From positions 1 to 37,536 of the forward strand of contig JALGVJ010000035.1 of NCBI GenBank assembly GCA_029838195.1: a DNA stretch of 37,536 bases, read 5' to 3'. Source of the DNA: Promethearchaeota archaeon (GTDB lineage: Archaea > Asgardarchaeota > Lokiarchaeia > Sigyniarchaeales > SOKP01). Positions 28,459 through 37,536 of this stretch are shown here, piece after piece (the first letter of the stretch is position 1; each line of letters starts with the position of its first letter). The position numbers were made by a program, and so were the translations under genes. The notes under the pieces were generated by a model. It did no database searches, was not told where the DNA came from, and saw nothing but the letters and a program-made list of their open reading frames with translations.

Positions 28459-29595
28459 TTAAGTTTTTGCTGTTTTGTCATTGAATAAGGAAATGATTGT
28501 ATTTTTAAGGGAAAAATTCATGGTAATATCGCTTAATTCAGAGCTAAGGAAGGATATGAGGAATTTTAATGAAAATTTTTTTCCAACTTTATCATGAGCG
28601 AATTTTAATAAGAATCTCAAGGAGATCACGGTTATACTGGAAAAAAGGAGATATTCCATGAAAGTGAGTTGTCCGAGAAATAAGAAATAAAACAAGTTGT
28701 GGGCTAAATACAGCGTTAGAGAATAATATGAGAAATAGTAAAGAAATTTAAATCGTTCCTTTTTATAAATGAATTGGTTTATTTCAAGGGTGATAAGGGT
28801 GGAGAAGAGGATTAAAATGCAGCCAAGAGCATAAAAGAACCATGGGAAGGTTCGGTGTTGCAAAAAAGTAGGATATTGAAAAGTAATTCCAAAAACAATT
28901 AAAAGCATTCCTGAAATAAGGGATGGTAAGGTGAGTTTTAAAGCAATATTGACTTTTCGTAGCTCGGGATAATTAATTTCCATGGTTTCATGGAGGATGT
29001 CACCAATAACCGTTCCTATTAAAAAGAAGGTGAAAAAACAAATGAGAGGGTCAAGATCTAGGGAATTATATAAAGCGTGGAATAAGATTCCTTGCAAATT
29101 CGATTGTCCTTGATATTGAATGAGATAGGATAAGGTGAAATAATGGGATATCCAAATTATAATCCCAATAGCACATCTCATTATTTTAGAGATTTTTAGC
29201 AAGGGCCAAGCAATAATGAGGGATATTCCAATAGTAATTAAGACAAAATATTTCCAAACATCTGCAAATCTTCCAATTGATAATGCTACAAAAAAATTAT
29301 ATGCTAAACCGATGAGTAAAATTAAAATTCCCTTGTTGAGATATTCATGCTTGATTCTTTTAATTTTTTCGAAATCCAACTCATCCAACTTCTTCATGCG
29401 AGAGTGATAGGAAATGGAAGTACTTACGCCGGCAATGAAAATAAAAGCCGAAGAACCTAAGGGTTCAAATAAAATTCTAAGAAGTACATAAGCCCAATAA
29501 TCTTCAGCTATAATCCACCATTGTAGAAAATGGCCAAAGAGCATGTAAACTATGCTCAAGCCGCGCATTGCATCAATACTTTTTATTCTTTCCAT
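28459..29595 (-). CDS. DUF1624 / HGSNAT-like transmembrane acyltransferase
   Basis: RIKSIDAMRGLSIVYMLFGH N-terminal signature with catalytic-type His, FIFIAGVS and YSLTLYLAH. Confidence 0.8.
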   Translation of the reverse strand: MERIKSIDAMRGLSIVYMLFGHFLQWWIIAEDYWAYVLLRILFEPLGSSAFIFIAGVSTSISYHSRMKKLDELDFEKIKRIKHEYLNKGILILLIGLAYNFFVALSIGRFADVWKYFVLITIGISLIIAWPLLKISKIMRCAIGIIIWISHYFTLSYLIQYQGQSNLQGILFHALYNSLDLDPLICFFTFFLIGTVIGDILHETMEINYPELRKVNIALKLTLPSLISGMLLIVFGITFQYPTFLQHRTFPWFFYALGCILILFSTLITLEINQFIYKKERFKFLYYFSYYSLTLYLAHNLFYFLFLGQLTFMEYLLFSSITVISLRFLLKFAHDKVGKKFSLKFLISFLSSELSDITMNFSLKNTIISLFNDKTAKT

Positions 29596-30043
29596 TTTCT
29601 ATCTTGCTATTAGATTTTTTCTAAAGGGTGAATCTTTATTTCGGGAGCGTGTTTTCTTAATTATTTGTTAGCTTCTTTCGGTTTCATGATCATCGTTTTA
29701 TTCCTTCTCATTTTTCAACGTTTCCATTTGAGTGTTATAAATCCCCTGCGTGCGAGTTAAAATGAGATAGAAAAATATCGATGTTAATATTTAAAAATAT
29801 ATCTTGTTTTTTAATATCTTTAGGATTTATTAATTAATTTTACAATTTTTAATAAGAAGGATTACCGTTGGAAATTCCTTTTTTAAGAAATTTAAAGATT
29901 AATTGTTATATTATTTGTAAGAAGCTTGGATTTTTATCACATTCCCCCGCCAAAAGGAAAAAAAGAAGCTATAATCAGAAGCGATTTTTGTATTACCAAA
30001 AACTTAACAATTTGTTAATTTAAATAAAAATTTCGGTAAGATT

Positions 30044-30907
30044 TTATTTATTTTTAAGATTTTTTAAGATTTTATTGGAGTTGTTTATCGCTTGTTCTCC
30101 TTTAATGATTTTTTCGGCCAACATGCCAAGTTCCTCTTTGAATTCTTTTGAATTTAAACCATGCTCTTCTTCAAGGCAATTTGTTTTAATTTTTTTAGAA
30201 GCAATTAAATTAAAAATGGTGTTAAAATTTTCTGATTTTATTTCTATGCCATTTCGCAAACCTAAAATTAAAGCAGAAGTTTCATGCTTTGAAATTCTTA
30301 TTTTTTTATCGGGAATGCGAATTTTTGAAGATCGGGTTTCATCTATTAAATAGACCTTTAGATTTTTCCATCTTTTAAAATTTTGAAAAATACTTTTAAT
30401 TAATCCTTTTGTTAAGGGTAAGACACCTATGCCCACCTTAAAAACCACGTTTAACCGCTCATGAGCAAGCTCCTTAATGGCGTTACGATATTGCTTGATT
30501 TTTTTCATCAAGAGAGCAAGCTCGTAAAAAGTATGAGAATGTAAAAAATAATTGTCTAAAATCACAACTAACCCAATCTTACTGCTACCGGGATCAATTG
30601 AAAAAATTAGTTCGGAAAAATTACTATTACCAATGCGATAAAAAGATAACACTTTTATCAAATATTCATCAAAACTGTTTTTTTTATCATATGGTAAAAA
30701 TCGTGTTTCTAACCCACGGAATTTACTTTTTAAATTTTCATATTCTTCTAAAGTAATTAATATTAAGCAATTCTTAAAATTAGGAATTTTATCTCCTGCG
30801 GATAAAATTTTCAAGGGGACGCCTAATGCTGCCAAACTTTTATTAGTTTGGTAAAAAAAATTCGCATCCTCAGTTAAAATAATAATATTTTTTATAGGCT
30901 CTTTCAA
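30044..30907 (-). CDS. Hypothetical protein with RNase H-like (YqgF/RuvX-like) domain
   Basis: IFSIDPGSSKIGLVV, KVGIG, YLIDETRSS and HETSALILG pattern after a small N-terminal alpha/beta domain. Confidence 0.6.
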   Translation of the reverse strand: MKEPIKNIIILTEDANFFYQTNKSLAALGVPLKILSAGDKIPNFKNCLILITLEEYENLKSKFRGLETRFLPYDKKNSFDEYLIKVLSFYRIGNSNFSELIFSIDPGSSKIGLVVILDNYFLHSHTFYELALLMKKIKQYRNAIKELAHERLNVVFKVGIGVLPLTKGLIKSIFQNFKRWKNLKVYLIDETRSSKIRIPDKKIRISKHETSALILGLRNGIEIKSENFNTIFNLIASKKIKTNCLEEEHGLNSKEFKEELGMLAEKIIKGEQAINNSNKILKNLKNK

Positions 30908-30940
30908 ATTATATTAATAAATTAATGATAACATTAAAAA

Positions 30941-31147
30941 TTTCATGGGGGAATGGATCATGGGATTCTTGGATTTGGATCACCAAAGGACATTAAAGAA
31001 GAAGTAAAAAGATGCATTAAGGCAGCATCTCAGGGAGGAGGATATTTTGCGGAACCCGGGCATACCATTTTAAATGCTCCGTGGGAAAATACCTTGGCTT
31101 TTTGAGAGGCTATAGAAAAACATCGCAAATATCCTTTAAAATTTTAG
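30941..31147 (+). pseudogene. C-terminal remnant of a uroporphyrinogen decarboxylase / MtaA-CmuA family gene
   Basis: Manual translation FHGGMDHGILGFGSPKDIKEEVKRCIKAASQGGGYFAEPGHTILNAPWENTLAF*EAIEKHRKYPLKF*; internal TGA at 31103-31105; in-frame TAA at 30935-30937, so the 5' part is absent. Confidence 0.8.
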
Positions 31148-31215
31148 TGAAAAATTCTTTGTTGAACCTTTCTTTTTTAAATTAAAAGCGGAGCGAAAAA
31201 AAAATATAAAATAGT

Positions 31216-32388
31216 TTATTTTTTCATTTTAAGAAAGCCCCCTGTTCTCATGAGCTCACATGGTCTTAAATACTCTTTCCCTGTCTTATCTGCTAATTCA
31301 TCCAGCATTTTTGTCCATTTTTCATAATTTTTCTTTCCGGCGCCAAAAGGTCCAGGGGTATTCATTCCTGCGAGGTTTGCCTCATCAATTATTTTATATC
31401 CAGAGACTACACCTTCTTCTAATAGACGGCATCCTTCATTTAACATTATTGCAAGAGCTATTTCCGGGTTGAATAGGCCCGCTTTTTTTGATTTGTCAAT
31501 TTTAGGCCTTCCTTTACTCCAATCATAAAATCCTTGACCGCTCTTACGCCCAGTTTTTCCTTCATTTACAAGTTTTGTTATGACTTTTCCTGCTTTAAAA
31601 TCTGGAGAAAGGGTTTTTGCATAATATTCTCGAGCATGAATGGCCAAATCTAAACCCGTATAATCAGCTAATTCACATGGCCCCATTGGCATTACTCCAG
31701 CAGCATCAGCATCAATCTGCTCCCATGGGATGCCTTTTTCTGCTGCTTGATCATAGATCCAGTTCAAATAAATTCCAACAGGGGCATTTATTCGATTCAC
31801 GATAAATCCAGGACGATCTTTTAAAACTTTAGCAATATATCGTTTTCCACGGAGGCATGGCAAGTTTTCTCCAATTTTAATTGCAGTATCTATTGCTTCA
31901 TCTGAGGATTTTTCTCCATAAATAATTTCAATTAATCGCATGAGAATTGGAGGGTTGAAAAAATGCATGCCAATAACTTTATCTGGTCTATTTGTTGCTT
32001 TAGCAATTTCGGTAATGGACATTGTTGATGTATTTGAAGCTAAAATACAGGATGCCGGACTATTTTCATCACATGTTTTGAATACTTGTTTCTTAATGTC
32101 TAAATCTTCAATTACTGCTTCAATAACAAAATCTGCTTCTTTCACAGCTACGGCAGTATTAGTAGATGTTGTCAATCGTGATAGAACCTCACCAGTAGAG
32201 TTTCCATTTAGTTGATTTTTTGACTCTAATTTTTTAAGTCCTTGCTCAATTAGACTCACTCCTTTATTTAAAATTTTCTCATTTACATCCACGAGAACCA
32301 CATTATAACATGCCATTAGAGAAATCTGGGCAATATTATGACCCATTAAACCTGCTCCAATAATAGCTAAATTTTTTATTTCAATCAT
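31216..32388 (-). CDS. 3-hydroxyacyl-CoA dehydrogenase
   Basis: IGAGLMG, VIEAVIE, ASNTS, GMHFFNP, PGFIVNR, PMGP and GKTGRKSGQGFY; duplicated C-terminal domain. Confidence 0.95.
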   Translation of the reverse strand: MIEIKNLAIIGAGLMGHNIAQISLMACYNVVLVDVNEKILNKGVSLIEQGLKKLESKNQLNGNSTGEVLSRLTTSTNTAVAVKEADFVIEAVIEDLDIKKQVFKTCDENSPASCILASNTSTMSITEIAKATNRPDKVIGMHFFNPPILMRLIEIIYGEKSSDEAIDTAIKIGENLPCLRGKRYIAKVLKDRPGFIVNRINAPVGIYLNWIYDQAAEKGIPWEQIDADAAGVMPMGPCELADYTGLDLAIHAREYYAKTLSPDFKAGKVITKLVNEGKTGRKSGQGFYDWSKGRPKIDKSKKAGLFNPEIALAIMLNEGCRLLEEGVVSGYKIIDEANLAGMNTPGPFGAGKKNYEKWTKMLDELADKTGKEYLRPCELMRTGGFLKMKK

Positions 32389-32449
32389 TTCAAATTCCTC
32401 ATAATATTCATTTAACTTTCATGATTGGAAATATATTTTTATTTTTAAA

Positions 32450-32489
32450 TTATTATGTTGCCTCCTTTAACAGGGAACAACATTAATAA
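32450..32489. promoter_or_regulatory. Imperfect inverted repeat in the divergent HADH/thiolase promoter
   Basis: TTATTATGTTG-N17-CAACATTAATAA; a second palindrome TTTGTT-N6-AACAAA at 32525-32542. Confidence 0.35.
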
Positions 32490-32590
32490 AATAAATTGTA
32501 TAATCAATATATTAAGAATCTTCATTTGTTTTGATTAACAAACGAAAATTTATCATTAATAAATAAACATGAAAAAACTAAGAATAAAAG

Positions 32591-33868
32591 ATGGAGTTAA
32601 AAGAAGTTTGGTTAATTGATTATGCACGCACGCCTTTTTCACGTTCTCGACCAAAGCAACCTGAAAGAGATGTATTTAGTGAAAAAAGGGGAGACGAATT
32701 ATTGGCTGAATTATTAATGAAATTTTTTGATGATAAATTAGCTGATAAAGGAATAGAAAAGAAAGATGTAGATGAAATGTCCGTAGGAGTAGCTGCAAGT
32801 ATAAAAGAAAATTGGACATATGGAGGTAGAATTCCTGTTTTTTTAGCAGGATTTCCAATAACCGTTCCAGCATTCTCCATTGATAGGCAATGCGGTTCGG
32901 GGGGAAGTGGAATGCATGTCGGAATAATGGAGTTAATGACGGGATATAGTAAATGTTTTTTAGCAACGGGTTTTGAACACATGACTCGGGTGAGAGCTAG
33001 GGATGCGCTTCCTAATTTGAAAATGATGGATAAGAAGAGTAAATTTTATCGAGCGGATTTAGACATGCCAACAGCTTTTAACATGCTTCAAACCGCTCAA
33101 AAATTATACGAAGAAAAAATACCAAGATTCACTAAAGAAGATTTAGATAAATTTGGCATGAGGAGCCATAATTTAACGGTAAAAAATCAAGAAAGAGGAT
33201 GGTTTAAAGGAGAAATTATTCCCCTTGAGGGACATGTAGAGGGAAATATTGAAGAGCCCATGATTGTTGATAGGGATATGAATGCTAGAAAATCAACCTT
33301 GGAAGAAATTTCTAAATTGCCCCGCTTATCTAAACCGTTTTATTTAAAAAAAAATGGGGGGAAAAAGGGTTATATTGAAAGAGAAGGAACAAAAGAAGGA
33401 GTAATTACTGTTGGAAATTCCTCTCCATTAAATGCCGGAGCGACATCAGCTCTTTTAATGGAAGCAAAAGAAGCTGAAAGACGTGGACTTGAACCAATGG
33501 CTAAAATTAAATCGATAGGGTGGGCAGGAGTAGATCCTTCCCTAATGGGCCGTGGTCCTGTACCCGCAACTAAAATGGCATTAGAACACGCCAGATTAGA
33601 GGTAGATGATATCGATTATTGGGAAATAAATGAGGCTTTTTGCATAGTTACTTTAAATTGTATGGACGAATTGAATATTCCTGAAGAGAAAGTAAATATA
33701 ATGGGGGGCTCAACAGCTATTGGCCACCCATTAGGAGCAACCATGATACGTCTTACAGGCACGCTAGCAAGAATATTGAAAGAAAAAAAAGCAAGATTTG
33801 GTTGCGCTAATGCCTGTGTTGGAGGAGGACAGGGAGTGGCAACGATAATTGAGAATATAAACGCATGA
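32591..33868 (+). CDS. Acetyl-CoA C-acyltransferase (thiolase)
   Basis: RTPF, IDRQCGSG catalytic Cys, EINEAF, GHPLGATM and ACVGGGQG. Confidence 0.95.
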   Translation: MELKEVWLIDYARTPFSRSRPKQPERDVFSEKRGDELLAELLMKFFDDKLADKGIEKKDVDEMSVGVAASIKENWTYGGRIPVFLAGFPITVPAFSIDRQCGSGGSGMHVGIMELMTGYSKCFLATGFEHMTRVRARDALPNLKMMDKKSKFYRADLDMPTAFNMLQTAQKLYEEKIPRFTKEDLDKFGMRSHNLTVKNQERGWFKGEIIPLEGHVEGNIEEPMIVDRDMNARKSTLEEISKLPRLSKPFYLKKNGGKKGYIEREGTKEGVITVGNSSPLNAGATSALLMEAKEAERRGLEPMAKIKSIGWAGVDPSLMGRGPVPATKMALEHARLEVDDIDYWEINEAFCIVTLNCMDELNIPEEKVNIMGGSTAIGHPLGATMIRLTGTLARILKEKKARFGCANACVGGGQGVATIIENINA

Positions 33869-34031
33869 GAATGCCGACTTATTTATTCTATTTTTTGAAG
33901 TGAATTACTTAGTATTTTACATTTTTATATTTATTTTTTTATCAATATTTGAGGGTATTTTTAAGTTTATAATTTTGGTCGGTTTTTAAATCTTTTAAAT
34001 TTAAGGGCGACAGAAATCGAGATCATACCAA

Positions 34032-34388
34032 TCACAAATCTGTCGACTCTCCCTGGTAGTCCGGTAAAAGAATCTGAAAACCATCCTTAACGGCAACCTC
34101 GGGAAAAATCGAATAAAAATACACGCCCTTCGTCATGGTAAAAATGCGCGTTTTGCCGATCAAGTCAGGCTTGCCCACTTTATAGGCCATAAGGATCTTG
34201 AGAAGGTCTAAAATTAAAATTAAATAGCGATGCTTGGACACCATTTCGAGACCGCGCACGCTTGCCCGTTTCGCATGGTATGCCACTATATCGTGTGAAA
34301 ATTGCCGCTCTATTTCCGTCCTAATGTTCATCATCTTGATTAAAACCTCCTTCGTCCATTCGAAAGGAATGAAATCGATGTTAAGACA
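34032..34388 (-). mobile_element. Truncated IS4/IS5-superfamily (DDE_Tnp_1-like) transposase remnant
   Basis: RTEIERQF (R-x3-E, third DDE residue context) and VRGLEMV; frame stays open upstream of 34334 (CLNIDFIPFEWTKEVLIK) until AT-rich host DNA; visibly higher GC than flanks. Confidence 0.6.
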
Positions 34389-34570
34389 AAAATTATAAAT
34401 TTAAAAATAACCTTATTTAAAAGATCATTGTTTACAAAAAATATTTAAATTAATATTTTATTTATTTAATTAATAAAATTTAATGCAATTTAAGTCGGGT
34501 AAGAATCTATTTGAGAAAGATTTTCAAATAAAAATTAATAAACCCTCCAATTCTTTAGGATGAATAAAAA

Positions 34571-36385
34571 ATGGATGTACAAATGAAATATCTCATTGAT
34601 GATGATGAATTTAAAAGAAGATATAAACAAAAAGCAAAAATTTTTCGAAAAACCATCATTGATGTAATGAATTTACGTTCAAGGGAAAATATTTCATGGG
34701 GTACTATAATTGAGCGGAATGCGAGGGAATTTTCAAATAATGTTGCTATTAAATTCGAAGATATTACTTTAACGTATAAAGAATTTAATGAAAGAACAAA
34801 TCAATATGCTCATTTTTTCATCTCTCAAGGCATGAAAAAAGGAGATGTTGTTAGGATATTGATGCCAAATCGTCCGGAATACTTGCTCATTGTAGGCGCT
34901 TGCGCTAAAATAGGAGCTATTGCTTCTTTGATTAATATCGATTTACGGCGAAAATCTCTTGAACATTGTTTAAAGCTTACGCCCGGAAGATTCACTATTG
35001 TGGATGAGGCTTGTTTTAACGTATTTAATGAAATCAGTTTAAATCTTAATCTTTCAAGCAAGCATGTTCTTTTCTTTTTACCCAATAATGGTTTAATACC
35101 ATCTCCTAAAAAATATATCAATCTGACAGAATTTATTAATGATTATTCTACAGGAAATCCTCAAACTACTTCTCACGTTAAAGCTTCCGATCATTTTTTA
35201 TATATTTTTACTTCAGGAACCACGGGATTACCCAAAGCAACCGTTTTAATCCATCGTCGAATCATTTATGGTACCATTGTGTACAAGGAAGCATTAGTGG
35301 GAATTAGTCCGAAGGATACCATATATATAGCACTTCCCTTCTTCCATTCAACACCGATCGGAATTGGATGGTCTGCAGCTTGTAGCAATGGAGCAGCTAT
35401 CGCAATCGGACGAAAATTTAGCGTGAGCCGCTTTTGGGACGAAATACGCAAATATAATGCAACAATTTTTATCTATGTGGGTGAAGTGTGCCGTTATTTG
35501 ATGAACCAACCGCCCTCTCCTGATGATTTAAATAATTCTGTTTCAAAAATTATTGGAAATGGTTTACGACCCGACATTTGGGTGGATTTTAAAAAACGGT
35601 TTGGGATTACCACGGTCGGAGAGTTCTATGGGGCTTCGGAAGGTGGTGGTGGATTTTATAATTTTTTTAATTTCGATAATACTGTAGGGTATTGCCCTAC
35701 ACCTTACGCAATTGTTAAATATGATATAGAAGAAGATAAACCAATACGAAATAAAGAGGGCTTTATGGAAAAAGTTAATCGCGGAGAAACGGGGTTACTT
35801 CTTTTTCAGAACCAATTAGGAGGTTTTATCGGATATACTGATAAAAAAGAAACGGAAAAAAAGTTATTTCGTGATGTTTTTAAAAAAGGAGATGTGTGGA
35901 TAAATACAGGCGATTTACTTTTAGATCAAGGAAATAGACATGCATTATTTATTGACAGAATTGGAGACACATTCCGATGGAAGGCACATAATATATCCAC
36001 AACCGAATTAGAAGAACTAATTAATCAATTTGAAGATGTTTTAATATCTGCTGTTTATGGTGTCAAGATTCCCGGAACAGATGGACGAGCAGGTATGGCC
36101 ACTATCATTCCAAAAAATAGTATTAAAGAGTTTAAATTTGAACAATTATTCCATTATTTTAAAAAAAATCTCGCTCATTACGCAATTCCTATTTTCCTTC
36201 GGTTTAAGGAAAATCTCCATCTCACCGTATCTTATAAATTAAAAAAGTCAATCCTTAAACAAGAAGGCTTCAATATTGAGTCCATTAAAGACCCTATCTA
36301 TGTTTTGTTACCTGGAGATTCAAAATACGTACTATTAACAAGATCAATCCATAAAAACATATTAGAGCATGAATATAAATTCTAA
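34571..36385 (+). CDS. Long-chain acyl-CoA synthetase, FATP/SLC27-FadD6 type
   Basis: YIFTSGTTGLPKA, YVGEVCRYL, GNGLRPDIW, EFYGASEG, NTGDLL, DRIGDTFRWK and PGTDGRAGMA. Confidence 0.93.
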   Translation: MDVQMKYLIDDDEFKRRYKQKAKIFRKTIIDVMNLRSRENISWGTIIERNAREFSNNVAIKFEDITLTYKEFNERTNQYAHFFISQGMKKGDVVRILMPNRPEYLLIVGACAKIGAIASLINIDLRRKSLEHCLKLTPGRFTIVDEACFNVFNEISLNLNLSSKHVLFFLPNNGLIPSPKKYINLTEFINDYSTGNPQTTSHVKASDHFLYIFTSGTTGLPKATVLIHRRIIYGTIVYKEALVGISPKDTIYIALPFFHSTPIGIGWSAACSNGAAIAIGRKFSVSRFWDEIRKYNATIFIYVGEVCRYLMNQPPSPDDLNNSVSKIIGNGLRPDIWVDFKKRFGITTVGEFYGASEGGGGFYNFFNFDNTVGYCPTPYAIVKYDIEEDKPIRNKEGFMEKVNRGETGLLLFQNQLGGFIGYTDKKETEKKLFRDVFKKGDVWINTGDLLLDQGNRHALFIDRIGDTFRWKAHNISTTELEELINQFEDVLISAVYGVKIPGTDGRAGMATIIPKNSIKEFKFEQLFHYFKKNLAHYAIPIFLRFKENLHLTVSYKLKKSILKQEGFNIESIKDPIYVLLPGDSKYVLLTRSIHKNILEHEYKF

Positions 36386-36440
36386 ATTTTCTTTACTGAT
36401 TAATTCCTTTTTATGATTTTGCTTTAATTTTTTAAAAATA

Positions 36441-37536
36441 GAGCATGCTTCATAAATATTAGTTCCTTATTGTAGTTTTTCCAACAAGGCAGGCGAGACT
36501 ATCACGGGACATCCGAGACGATGCGATACTCTCATGCGAATATTTTCAAGAGTGCGCATCCCACACTGGGTTTGATACATGATATTCATCAATTTATTGC
36601 TCGACTCGTTAACCACCATAATGGAGGGAGAAAAGGTACGCCGAGGGAAAAGCTCATAAAAATGTTGGAATCGAAACACGTTCTCCTCATTGTTTAGTAA
36701 TGTCAATACGGCGCTTTTTAACCAAGGATGCAATTCGGGTTTTAATAAGCCCAAGAGGAATCGGAGGGACGCTCGTTTCTCAGGAGGAAGCCGAAATTGA
36801 TAATAAAATTTCACCGCTATGTGCCTATAAGGGCGGAGCCACGGGATATATTAAAAACAAATATTTAGCCCGGTTAAAATGCACCTTTTTCTCTTCCATG
36901 ACCTTGCGGAGGCTACGGATGACACTCCGGAATTGCCTGTAAAGGAATGCACGGATATAATGAACGCCTTTCTTGGTAAATTTGAGTTTTTAGGCATGAA
37001 AGAACGGTTGGTAATTCGCTAAAAAGGCTTGATGCTCCTTCCACGCAATAAAAAGGGTCGAGGCAAAGAGACGGAGCAATGCCTTTTTTAAATGTTCGGG
37101 TTTAGGGCGTGAATTGCATTTTTTGAGCGCACGTAGGATATATCGATAGTGTTCAACATCGGGAAAAGAAAAAGGAGCGTTCACGAGAAAAGTGCCTTTT
37201 TTTTCCACATGGAGGGAATCCTTGCACGAGACGTTCTATTCTGCAATATGAATCGCGAGGTGGAGCTTTTTAATGCGACTAAATTATTTTAGCAATCCTC
37301 GAGTGAGCAATTGAATGGCGTGAAACACGCATTTTTGGAGAGGCGCATCAAGAAATATTTCATCCACCCCTGCTTGAAAATGGGGCGAGAAATCGATGGT
37401 CATGAATGAAACTTGCTTTGGAAGCCATTGTTTCAGCTCTTTCAGCAAAAAGACCACCTCCTCTTCCTTTTCCCCCGTGATGAGAGCCCCGGCAAGGGGT
37501 ACATTTCGCAAGGAATCCGTGGCGAGCAGTAATCCG
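36441..37536 (-). mobile_element. Decayed ISL3-like insertion sequence (transposase pseudogene), runs off window end
   Basis: TIDFSPHFQAGVDEIFLDAPLQKCVFH, RAKYLFL and NESSNKLMNIMYQTQCGMRTLENIRMR resemble ISL3 motifs; in-frame stops at 37284-37286, 37236-37238 and 36990-36992 plus a frameshift near 36820; GC step at about 36441. Confidence 0.72.

Noticed and set aside
29596-29727. In-frame upstream extension of the HGSNAT-like gene (ATG 29727) suggesting stop-codon reassignment
   Set aside because: Needs three readthroughs, homologues begin at RIxSID, and TAA, TAG and TGA all terminate normal genes in this window
31103-31105. In-frame TGA as selenocysteine (Lokiarchaeia encode Sec)
   Set aside because: Not a Cys/catalytic position, the gene lacks its 5' part, and no SECIS was recognised; simple decay is more likely
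36363-36447. TAGAGCATG repeated at 36363 and 36439 and also in the tRNA intron (18155), as a target duplication or att site
   Set aside because: Only 9-11 nt, both right-hand copies lie on the same side of the IS, and there is no integrase; consistent with chance
960-36942. Short antisense or alternate-frame ORFs in the track (e.g. 960-1205, 10450-10704, 16665-17036, 32620-32982, 36700-36942)
   Set aside because: Shadows of well-supported genes or of the IS remnant, with no independent motifs
1-37536. CRISPR array, rRNA, provirus or clear defence island
   Set aside because: No regularly spaced repeats, rRNA-like segments, or viral/cas hallmark genes seen

Overview
AT-rich archaeal chromosomal segment, most likely Asgard archaeon (Lokiarchaeia-like). 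The assignment rests on two Roadblock/LC7 genes, a ribophorin-I (OST1) homologue, Sec61beta, eS26, a long Trm112, an AglH/Alg7-type GlcNAc-1-P transferase and an intron-containing archaeal tRNA-Gln(TTG). Bases 1-30.9 kb are core-like: translation/RNA modification (trmY, rps26e, PIN-TPR nuclease, map, trm112, tRNA), lipid synthesis, translocation and N-glycosylation. Bases 30.9-37.5 kb look accessory: a beta-oxidation trio interspersed with a URO-D-family remnant and two decayed IS elements. Three elements are missing from the ORF track: ribosomal protein eS26 (1919-2194), whose only plausible start is a non-canonical ATT; the tRNA-Gln; and the URO-D pseudogene fragment. Best leads: (i) ATT-initiated eS26 lying tail-to-tail with a Nob1-like PIN-TPR protein; (ii) a head-to-head Sec61beta/ribophorin-I locus inside a glycosylation cluster; (iii) a UbiA(Rv3806c-like)-PHP-DUF362 set that may make a lipid-linked pentose; (iv) a tandem double-Roadblock protein; (v) an M48 protease with a repeated Sm-like tail. 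All family calls are by motif recognition only; no searches were run.
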